DNA of 64,000 nucleotides from Armatimonadota bacterium. GTDB taxonomy: Bacteria > Armatimonadota > SYMT01. The DNA lies in assembly GCA_041690135.1 (NCBI GenBank), contig JAWLHY010000011.1, positions 1 to 64,000 on the forward strand, written 5' to 3'. Position numbers and translations under genes: made by a program. Under the pieces are notes generated by a model. It was not told the origin of the DNA. It saw only the letters and a program-made list of their open reading frames with translations, and made no database searches. Below are positions 8,920 through 16,525 of the stretch, piece after piece (the stretch's first letter is position 1; each line of letters begins with the position of its first letter).

Positions 8920-9582
8920 ATGAAATGGGAAGATGTGATGGTTCTGAGTATACGGCCTATCGTAGCCCTTGCCGCTGCAGTATTCTCGGGTTTCATTGCC
9001 TGCAGGATTGCAGCTGATATTGCAAATTATATCAGCATGGCCGGTACAGTGGATCTGACGTGGCTGTTGCCCGTGAAGGTTGTTGCACTCTTGGCGTCTC
9101 TGTTGCTCATGAAGGGAGCAATCGAGTTTCTAGGGCGCGTGCGGACGAGTCGGAATCTGGGTGAGCAGTACTGGTCAGTTCGTTCGCCAGGGAGAAAATC
9201 TATCCGAACAGGAACTGGAATGTTCGCAGTTCTAATGATGAATGCGCCTTATTGCTTTTCGGGAATCATCGAATCTGCAATTGGGCATTGGAAGTATGTA
9301 GAGTTGGTAATTCCAGGCGTCTTTCCCTTCGCCTGCTTATTGTTGTTTATTGTAATGGATTGGCCGGCCTTTGCAGAAGCCCTGACTGCAGTAGATCCCA
9401 TGCGTTATCGCCGATTAGCTGTAGCTGTTGTGTCAGTAGCAGCAGTCCCTGCTGGGATCCTCGGTGTGGTCATTGTCCGCTTCCTATGGCCTAACCTGGC
9501 CCTTCCAGTAGGCCTCGTGCTAGCCGCATTGTTTGTCGGTGCCATCGCGATTTGCGAGTCACGGCGAGAGTTGCACTCATAG
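8920..9582 (+). CDS. Hypothetical multi-pass membrane protein
   Basis: 220 aa, about 6 hydrophobic segments, lower GC. Confidence 0.6.
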   Translation: MKWEDVMVLSIRPIVALAAAVFSGFIACRIAADIANYISMAGTVDLTWLLPVKVVALLASLLLMKGAIEFLGRVRTSRNLGEQYWSVRSPGRKSIRTGTGMFAVLMMNAPYCFSGIIESAIGHWKYVELVIPGVFPFACLLLFIVMDWPAFAEALTAVDPMRYRRLAVAVVSVAAVPAGILGVVIVRFLWPNLALPVGLVLAALFVGAIAICESRRELHS

Positions 9583-9632
9583 TTGCGCCTCCCTGGCGGG
9601 GTTACCACGGGTAGGGGGGAGGATGTGGCGCT

Positions 9633-10325
9633 ATGCGGCGGCGGAGATTCAGTTCGGGACAGAAGTACCTTCTCCAGTCCTTTGTCTTTGGCGTGCTGAC
9701 CCCCATCGGTCTTGGGTGCCTGGCGTTGGATTGTCACCGCCGCGGTGGTCTGCTCGGAGGTAGCTGGACAGCTCTTTATGCGGTAGCAGTCGGGTTGGCG
9801 ATTCTCCTGCACGCCGGATGTACGCTGCGCAGCCTGGCGGGTTTCCGCGCGTGGCGACACCGGCAGTTCACCTCCGTGCCGCTTTCCGGCCACCGGGCCG
9901 CGTCTGGTGTGGGTATTCTGGGTGACGGGCTCGTGCTCTTATCGTCGTGGATGTTCGGCTTCCTGGGTGCGACCAGCTTCCTTTTACCGCAGGTTGTGGA
10001 GACTCGATTCATTGCCTTTTCGCTCGGAGCGTGGCTCACCGCAGGTTTCCTGGTGACGCTGGCGCTGGGCTTTGCATTTCAGCAAGCCGCAACGGCGTGG
10101 GTCACCCGGGATTCGCTCCTCACGCTGCGGGCGGTGTGGACGGGGCTGGGACTTCTTTCCATCGGCGGCGCGGCCGCAGCGGGGTATATGATCAACCACG
10201 CTTTGGCAGGGCAGGTGTTGCTCCAGGTCTTGCTGTCCGTTTTCCTGATTCTCGCGGTAGGCTTCATCATCACCCGGTCCTTCATGGCGGAAGAGATCTA
10301 CCGGAAAAGACATTGCCTGGATTGA
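9633..10325 (+). CDS. Hypothetical multi-pass membrane protein
   Basis: 230 aa, about 6 hydrophobic segments. Confidence 0.6.
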   Translation: MRRRRFSSGQKYLLQSFVFGVLTPIGLGCLALDCHRRGGLLGGSWTALYAVAVGLAILLHAGCTLRSLAGFRAWRHRQFTSVPLSGHRAASGVGILGDGLVLLSSWMFGFLGATSFLLPQVVETRFIAFSLGAWLTAGFLVTLALGFAFQQAATAWVTRDSLLTLRAVWTGLGLLSIGGAAAAGYMINHALAGQVLLQVLLSVFLILAVGFIITRSFMAEEIYRKRHCLD

Positions 10326-10369
10326 ATGCCTGCTTGTCATAGGGGCAGGCGGGGGGTGGGGGCGAGACC

Positions 10370-11065
10370 GTGACTGTTGAAGTAGAGGCGCTGCCGCGAA
10401 CGGTGAGGCATCCGTTCGGGGATGCGGTTTATGAACAATGCCCGTGGGACCAGGCTCACGTCGAAGCGATCTATCCCATCCTCAAGGGGTTGCTGGTTGC
10501 GGACGGAGAATGGCATCCGACGGAGTCGGGAGCCGAGCCGTGGGTGGGGAGATACCGCATCGTTGATGGCTACTTTCAGGCGGTCTTTGCGGAGGAGCCT
10601 AACCCGGTCTTCGCTGCCCTGCTAGCGGTCCGGCCGTTTGCGCGTCCGGATGACGCTGAGTGGGATGTGTGGGCTCACGAGCCTACGGGTGGCTTCGCGC
10701 TCTCCAACACGTTCTGCATCACTCCGGGGCCGTTCGACCATCAGGACGAGTTGGTGGACTGGTTGGCCCGCCATGGTCTGGGGCTCACCGAGCACGAGTG
10801 GTACGTTCAGGGTTACGCCTTGATAGAGCAGCTCACGACCGAAGCCCTCGCCGAGGCGGTGGATCGGCTCACCTGGCTCGAGGTTACCCTGGCGGACCTG
10901 AATGAAAAGCTGGACCGTGCCGGCGCCGCGTTCTGGCAAGGCGTGCAGGGGCAGGTCGCAGCCAGGGGATCCGCGGCACCGCTGCGCGCATCCGAGTGGT
11001 TTCCCGGGTTTGAACCCAAACGACGAGTCGCGCTGTCGGAGCTGCCGCCCCAGACGCCGGAGTAA
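10370..11065 (+). CDS. Hypothetical soluble acidic protein
   Basis: 231-aa ORF with natural composition and GC3 bias. Confidence 0.65.
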   Translation: MTVEVEALPRTVRHPFGDAVYEQCPWDQAHVEAIYPILKGLLVADGEWHPTESGAEPWVGRYRIVDGYFQAVFAEEPNPVFAALLAVRPFARPDDAEWDVWAHEPTGGFALSNTFCITPGPFDHQDELVDWLARHGLGLTEHEWYVQGYALIEQLTTEALAEAVDRLTWLEVTLADLNEKLDRAGAAFWQGVQGQVAARGSAAPLRASEWFPGFEPKRRVALSELPPQTPE

Positions 11066-11147
11066 TACCGGGCAGAGTGGGCGTGGAGTTGGCGCGTTCG
11101 GTGGAGAACGCTCCTGCACGGGCCGAACGACCGTTTGGGTGCGGCGC

Positions 11148-11177
11148 CTCTGCGACGGCCTCGGCTCTGTGCTGGGG
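11148..11177 (+). pseudogene. Relic of a fourth Rhs core
   Basis: CTCTGCGACGGCCTCGGCTCTGTGCTGGGG matches 2179-2208 (LYDGLGSVLG) at 28/30 nt. Confidence 0.65.
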
Positions 11178-11613
11178 CCATCATCCGCCCAGGATGTTTT
11201 GAGCCCCGGATTAGTACAACTCGCTCTGTCCCACTGCTGCGGTCTTGTGCCTGCGCAGGCAGGCACCCCGGAGGGATAGGGAGCGGCGCGAGCTTGCCCG
11301 TATGGGATTTCATCCCGTCGCGAGTCGGGGACATTGAAGCGCCCTGGCGTGAACCCGAACAGCCCAGGCGTTCTCACCCGGTATGACCCATTTTCACCCG
11401 TTTTTCACCCGTTTTCCATCTCGGATTGTGGGAGGGGTCCGAAAAGGTCCCGTTTAACTTCTTACCCGGACCCCGCCCGTTTGATCGGTGGGGAAGGGTA
11501 CGGCTGCCGGACCGGGGGCCGGAGCGACCCGGTGCCGCCGCCGCGAACATTCCGCTCACCCTTTGCGTGGGTGGGAGTCGCGACTCAAGAGAGCGGACAG
11601 GACTGGGTAAGAG

Positions 11614-13362
11614 GTGGAGTTGGAACTAGCACGTCCAGGTGAAATCGCGCCGCCCACGTCTCCCGGTGCGGAGGCACGCCGCGGCGCCGGGCGTTTCCCG
11701 TGGCCCGAGATCCTGCTCGCGGGGGCGGTGCTGGTCCATCTGCTGTTCCTGGTCTCCCTCCGCACCGGCTGGTTCAACCCCCTCTTCAACGACGCCCTCC
11801 ACCGCTTCGGCCCCGGCTGCGACTTCTTCTCCATCTATGCCGCCGGCGTCAAGGCGCGCCTGGGGGAACCGGTCTATCCCATCGGCGGCCACGTGGAGCA
11901 GGTCCCCTACGCCTACGCCTTCCGCTACGCCCCGATCGTGGCGTACACCCTCGGCTGGCTCCTCAGCCTCTTTCCCCACCTCACCGCCTACGGCCTCTGG
12001 CTGGTCGCCTGCGAACTCGCCCTGCTGCGGTGCCTTCGGCTGACTCTTTCACCACGGAGACACGGAGACACAGAGGGCACACGGAGAGGGGAAGAGGGGA
12101 AGGGATTCACCGCAGAGTCGCTGAGGACGCTGAGCCCCGCAGAGAGGGACGCAGAGGGGGAGCCCTCAGGAGACACCGTAGTAGCTTCTGAAATCCCAGG
12201 TTCGGATTACGCATTACGCAATACGCATTACGAAGCAGGTTCGAATTACGCATTACGCAATACGCATTACGAAACCCAGGACCGGAGCGCCGCCCTACTG
12301 ACTTCCGCCGCCCCCAGCAGGACCCGGGTAGCCATTGCAGCAGCCATGTGGCTCTGCTTTACGCCGTACTACCTGGAGCTCTACGTCGGCCAGTTCACCT
12401 TCATCACCGCCAGCCTGGTCTTCTGGGCCTACCTCGCCTGGGAATCCGGATCGATTCAGCTCTCGCCGAGGCGCGGTGCGGAAGGGACGAATCTCTCGCA
12501 AAGGCGCAAAGACGCAAAGGGGAAAGAAAGGGCGCGGGAAGGTGAGCGTGACGAGAAGGAGTTGCCAGCGGCTGCAGATGGTTGGACTGGGCATTCGGTT
12601 GTTTCGGGAATCGGACCGATCGCGTCTCCTCTCACAAGCTCTCCGCCAGCCCAACCTATTGCCGATCCGCACCCTATCCCGGGTTTCGCGGGCCAACTCC
12701 TCTCTTCCCCTTCTCTGCGTAACCTCGGCGTCCTCTGCGTCTCTGCGGTTAATTCGGTTCGGATCCGGGGCGACCTGTATTGGGCGTTGGCCGTGCTGTT
12801 GAAGATGATGCCGCTGCTGTATTTGCCGATCGCGCTGCTGCGGCGGCGGTGGGGCGCGGTGGTGGGGACGGGGGTCGTACTGGTGGGGACGTCCGTGCTC
12901 TACTTCCAGCGGTTCCCGGCGGACTGGGCGCTCTTCACCGCCACCAACGGCGATCCCCGCCCCTCCTGGCACGCCGGCAACCAGGGCCTCATGGCGCTCC
13001 TCTACGCCCTCTCCGGCGAACGGACTGCTCTCTATCTCCAATACCGCCTCGCCGCACTGGCCCTCGTCGGCCTCGCCCTCGCCTGGCTCTTTGGGAAGGC
13101 ATTCACCGCAGAGACGCAGAGGACGCTGAGGCCCGCAGAGAGCGAAGGAGAGGAGAGAGGGGGGACGGCAGAAGGCAGGGGGCAAAGGCGAGAAGGCAGG
13201 GGGCAGGGGGCAGAAGGCAGGGGGCAGAAGGCAGGGGGCAGGGGGCAGGGGGCGGTCTCCACCGGGAACTCGGAACCGGGAACTCGGAACTCGCAGTTCG
13301 TGCCGCGAACCTTCAACCTGCTAACCTGCCAACCTGTCAACCCAGCACCCACCTCCAGGTAA
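11614..13362 (+). CDS. GT87/DUF2029-like (GT-C) membrane glycosyltransferase, N-terminal part, with repeat-derived inserts
   Basis: GCDFFSIYAAG, FRYAP, ELYVGQF, ALAVLLKMMP and GNQGL motifs typical of GT87; homology ends at about 13090 and resumes in another frame. Confidence 0.75.
   Translation: MELELARPGEIAPPTSPGAEARRGAGRFPWPEILLAGAVLVHLLFLVSLRTGWFNPLFNDALHRFGPGCDFFSIYAAGVKARLGEPVYPIGGHVEQVPYAYAFRYAPIVAYTLGWLLSLFPHLTAYGLWLVACELALLRCLRLTLSPRRHGDTEGTRRGEEGKGFTAESLRTLSPAERDAEGEPSGDTVVASEIPGSDYALRNTHYEAGSNYALRNTHYETQDRSAALLTSAAPSRTRVAIAAAMWLCFTPYYLELYVGQFTFITASLVFWAYLAWESGSIQLSPRRGAEGTNLSQRRKDAKGKERAREGERDEKELPAAADGWTGHSVVSGIGPIASPLTSSPPAQPIADPHPIPGFAGQLLSSPSLRNLGVLCVSAVNSVRIRGDLYWALAVLLKMMPLLYLPIALLRRRWGAVVGTGVVLVGTSVLYFQRFPADWALFTATNGDPRPSWHAGNQGLMALLYALSGERTALYLQYRLAALALVGLALAWLFGKAFTAETQRTLRPAESEGEERGGTAEGRGQRREGRGQGAEGRGQKAGGRGQGAVSTGNSEPGTRNSQFVPRTFNLLTCQPVNPAPTSR
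12047..12275. repeat. Composite repeat insert 1 in the GT87 gene
   Basis: TTCACCACGGAGACACGGAGACACAGAG, then TTCACCGCAGAGTCGCTGAGGACGCTGAG, then two GGTTCGRATTACGCATTACGCAATACGCATTACGAA blocks. Confidence 0.85.
12460..12755. repeat. Composite repeat insert 2 in the GT87 gene
   Basis: CGCAAAGGCGCAAAGACGCAAAG 8-mers at about 12497 and an inverted copy CCTCGGCGTCCTCTGCGTCTCTGCGGTTAA at 12723-12752. Confidence 0.8.
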
Positions 13363-14525
13363 GCCCGTACCTGCTGTTGTATGCGGGAGCGAGTGCGGCG
13401 TATCTCCTCTGCTACAAAGACGTCTGGGAGCACCATTACGTGCTGCTGCTGCCGCCGTTGGTGCTGATGTGCCTGCGGGGGGTAAACCCGTGGGTGTGGG
13501 CGCCGGCGTATGCCGTGGCGGCGCTGCCGTGGCTCTTCCCGCTCTACGACCTCCCCAACCTCGGCTACAACGAGGACCCCCAGCGCTACTGGCTGCCCTC
13601 CGTCTCCCTGCTCCACCACGCCTTCAAACCCCTCGCCGCCCTCTGGCTCCTCCTCGCCGTTGTGGTGATCTCCCTGCGGAAGGGAACCGGGTTAACCGCA
13701 GAGTCGCTGAGGACGCTGAGCCCCGCAGAGAGGGAAAGAGAAGGGGAGCCGTCAGGAGAACTCGCAGGAACTTCTGCGCGCGGGGGTTCGAGTTACCGGG
13801 TGCCCTCTGGGCGACGCAATACGCATTATGCGGATGACGCATTACGCAACACGCAATACGAAGCGGTTCCCCATTGCCTGAATGCCCGAATGCCTGAATG
13901 CCTGAATGCCGACCCCCATCCTGTCCCTACTCCTTCCGGTTCCCTTTTTCGCGATTTCGCCCTTTCGCGATTTCGCGTTCTCTCTCCGGGAAGCTGTTGG
14001 GTTCGGTGGTGGGGATGGGGATGCGTGGCCGCGCTCCTGGCAGTGGGGGTAGTGAGCGCGGGGAGTTGGGCTGCGGCGGCGGTGAAAGCGCAGCGGGCCG
14101 TGTCGCGGCGGCTGGTGTGGGGGCCGGAGTTGATGCAGCCGCAGGCGACGCGGGAGGGGTGCGGGCCGGCGGCGCTGGCGGCGGTGTGCCGGTACTACGG
14201 GATCTCCGCCACGGAAGCGGAGCTGGCGAAGCTGGCGGGCACCACCCCCCGCGGGACCGCCATGCTCGGCCTGCTGAAGGCGGCGCGGGCGAAAGGGCTG
14301 GCGGCGGAAGGGCGAAAGTATACGGTCGAAACCCTCGCCGCGGCGCCCCGGCCCTGCATCCTGTTCTTCCACGCCGGCCACTTCGCCGTGCTCACCGGCG
14401 TGCGGGGCCACCGCTTCTACCTCGCCGACCCCTCCCTCGGTGCCCGCATCTTCACCCCCGCCCAACTCCGCCACACCTGGCACGGCGAAACCCTCCTCCT
14501 CGGCCCGACTTCCGGAGGGGGTTAA
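12780..14525 (+). CDS. C-terminal part of the same glycosyltransferase (meaningful from about 13365) fused to a C39-like cysteine peptidase
   Basis: VWEHHYVLLLPP (GT87 W-x-H-Y motif); C39 motifs QATREGCGPAALAAV, GHFAVL, LADP and WHG. Confidence 0.75.
   Translation: MGVGRAVEDDAAAVFADRAAAAAVGRGGGDGGRTGGDVRALLPAVPGGLGALHRHQRRSPPLLARRQPGPHGAPLRPLRRTDCSLSPIPPRRTGPRRPRPRLALWEGIHRRDAEDAEARRERRRGERGDGRRQGAKARRQGAGGRRQGAEGRGQGAGGGLHRELGTGNSELAVRAANLQPANLPTCQPSTHLQVSPYLLLYAGASAAYLLCYKDVWEHHYVLLLPPLVLMCLRGVNPWVWAPAYAVAALPWLFPLYDLPNLGYNEDPQRYWLPSVSLLHHAFKPLAALWLLLAVVVISLRKGTGLTAESLRTLSPAEREREGEPSGELAGTSARGGSSYRVPSGRRNTHYADDALRNTQYEAVPHCLNARMPECLNADPHPVPTPSGSLFRDFALSRFRVLSPGSCWVRWWGWGCVAALLAVGVVSAGSWAAAAVKAQRAVSRRLVWGPELMQPQATREGCGPAALAAVCRYYGISATEAELAKLAGTTPRGTAMLGLLKAARAKGLAAEGRKYTVETLAAAPRPCILFFHAGHFAVLTGVRGHRFYLADPSLGARIFTPAQLRHTWHGETLLLGPTSGGG
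13093..13345. repeat. Composite repeat insert 3: ACCGCAGAG element, 12x GGCAGRR 7-mer tract (13167-13250), GGAACYS 7-mers and CAACCTG 8-mers
   Basis: Tandem arrays read directly; contains the frameshift that splits the gene. Confidence 0.88.
13681..13982. repeat. Composite repeat insert 4, between the GT87 and C39 portions
   Basis: GGTTAACCGCAGAGTCGCTGAGGACGCTGAG, ACGCAAT 7-mers, TGCCTGAA 8-mers and TTTCGCGA 8-mers. Confidence 0.85.
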
Positions 14526-15012
14526 CCGCAAAGACACGGAGGGGAATGGGGAAGGGATTCACCGCGGAGACGCCGAGGACGCTGAGCCCCGCAGAGAGGG
14601 AAAGAGAGAGGGAGCCGTCAGGAGATACCCCAGAAGCTTCAGAGACCCGGGGTTCGAATTACGCATTACGCATTACGAGGACGGTTCGGAATACGCATTA
14701 CGCATTACGCAGTATGCCGCCATCGCATAACGCAACAAGAAACTGGCCCCCGCTGCCCGACTGCCTGAAAGCCTGAAAGCCTGCAAGCCTGAATGCCCGA
14801 TCACCCATACATCCTACCCATCCTGTCCATCTTGTTCCTTTCGGTTCCTCAATCTCTCCCCGGACTCGCGATCCTGGAAGTGGTGCTTCACCACTCCGCG
14901 TATTCTCTTGTTCCATTCGGTCCTTCAATCTTTCCCATCTGCGCAATCTGTGGACTCTTCCCTCCCCTCTTCCCAATCTGTGAAATCTGTGGCTACGAAA
15001 TCGGTGGCTAAA
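14520..15012. repeat. Intergenic mosaic of the same repeat families
   Basis: TTCACCGCGGAGACGCCGAGGACGCTGAG, TTACGCA 7-mers, GCCTGAAA 8-mers, CATCCTGTC 9-mers and AATCTGTG 9-mers. Confidence 0.85.
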
Positions 15013-15027
15013 AGAAAGGCTCCAACC

Positions 15028-16215
15028 ATGAAAAGGCTCTGGTTGATGGCGATCGTGGTGCTCGCGGCGGTGGGGACGGCGGGGGCGCAGGGGACGAACC
15101 CGCGCGCCGGCACGCGGCCCCGGCGGCCGGCGGTGCCGGTGAAGCCTCCCGCTGCGGCTCCCATGAAGGCTCCCGGGAAGGCTCCGGAGGCGGCTCCGGT
15201 CCCGGCGACGACGGCGGGGTACGCGGACGCCCTGGAAGAGCGGGCGGCGACGAAGAACACGCCGCCGCAGAAGCGGGTGCTGGCGCTCTATTACCCCTGG
15301 TACGGCACGCCGGACCGCTCCGGGAAGTGGCTGCACCAGGCGGGCGTGGATGCGGAGAAGAAGGTCATCTCCACCCACACTCGCTACCCGGCGGCGGGCG
15401 CGTACGACAGCAGCGACCCGGCGGTGATCGACCGTCACCTCCAGCAGGCGCGGGCGGCCGGCATCGACGTGCTGGTCTGCAGTTGGTGGGGGCGGGAAGA
15501 CCCCACGGATAAGGCGATCCGGGCACTCCTGGCCCAGGCGCCGAAGTTCAACGTCTCCATCTGCCTCCTCTGGGAGAAACTGGCGAAGCCCGGCGACCCC
15601 CAGGGCGTGCTGGAGGAGTTGGGTTACCTGGCGCAGGTCATGGGCCGCCAGCCCGGCTACTTCAAGGAGGGCGGTAAACCGGTCCTGTTCCTGTTCCAGC
15701 AGGTCTGCACCGGGATCTCGCCGGACGAGTGGGCCGGGGTGCTCAACACGGCCGCGCGGCAGTACGAGCCGGGCGTGATGGCGATCGGCGACGGCGGCGC
15801 GCAGTTGGACGCGATCCTGTGGGACGGTCTCTACACCCTCGGGTTCGTCCGCCAGATGGAGGAGAAGAGCCCCACGGTCTGCGCCCGGATCCAGCGCGAC
15901 ACCTTCCGGGTGCCGATCCTCCTCGGCCGGCGCACGGGGCGCGTCTCCGTGGTCACGCTGGTCCCCGGCCACGACGACCGCAAGGTCCCGACCACGCCGG
16001 ACCGCCGCAAGCCCCTCATCCTCGAGCGGGAAGACGGCCGCCTCTACACGGCGCTGTGGGACCAGGCGGTGAAGGACGACCCGGACTGGGTGCTCATCAA
16101 CTCCTTCAACCAGTGGCACGCCGGCACCGAGATCGAACCCTCGGCCGAGCTGGGCGAGCAATATCTCACCCTCACCCGGGAGAACGCCGCCCGCTTCAAA
16201 CGCCCCCGCCGTTAG
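15028..16215 (+). CDS. Secreted GH99 (endo-alpha-mannosidase)-like protein with substituted catalytic residues
   Basis: Signal peptide MKRLWLMAIVVLAAVGTAGA; VLALYYPWYGTP, GAYDSSDPAVI, GIDVLVCSWWG and INSFNQWHAGTEIEPS motifs. Confidence 0.82.
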   Translation: MKRLWLMAIVVLAAVGTAGAQGTNPRAGTRPRRPAVPVKPPAAAPMKAPGKAPEAAPVPATTAGYADALEERAATKNTPPQKRVLALYYPWYGTPDRSGKWLHQAGVDAEKKVISTHTRYPAAGAYDSSDPAVIDRHLQQARAAGIDVLVCSWWGREDPTDKAIRALLAQAPKFNVSICLLWEKLAKPGDPQGVLEELGYLAQVMGRQPGYFKEGGKPVLFLFQQVCTGISPDEWAGVLNTAARQYEPGVMAIGDGGAQLDAILWDGLYTLGFVRQMEEKSPTVCARIQRDTFRVPILLGRRTGRVSVVTLVPGHDDRKVPTTPDRRKPLILEREDGRLYTALWDQAVKDDPDWVLINSFNQWHAGTEIEPSAELGEQYLTLTRENAARFKRPRR

Positions 16216-16258
16216 GGGACCTTTCACCACGGAGACTGAAGGAAAGGGAACCGGGTTA

Positions 16259-16499
16259 ACCGCAGAGACGCAGAGGACGCTGAGGCGACGCGGAGAGGAA
16301 GAGAAGGTGGAGGGGAGAGCCTGAAGGCTAGAGTGACATTCACACAGATGCAAGGTGAGTGTTGTCCGTTGGAAAGTCAGAGCGGCACGGCCCACGGGAG
16401 TGTTGGGGAATTGTTCAGGTATCGAGCGACCCCGCCGCCTTTCCTCCTTTTCCATTTCCCTCTCTCTGCGGTCCTCAGCGTCCTCTGCGCCTCTGCGGT
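16259..16499. mobile_element. MITE-like unit bounded by 27-bp inverted repeats
   Basis: ACCGCAGAGACGCAGAGGACGCTGAGG (16259-16285) versus CCTCAGCGTCCTCTGCGCCTCTGCGGT (16473-16499), 26/27 complementary. Confidence 0.65.
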
Positions 16500-16525
16500 G
16501 GAGACATTTTTCGGGAGTGAATCGA

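Noticed and set aside
12047-14000. Group I/II introns or inteins as the GT87 inserts
   Set aside because: No GUGYG...AY ends or domain V, and no C/S...HN intein motifs; the inserts are tandem-repeat mosaics
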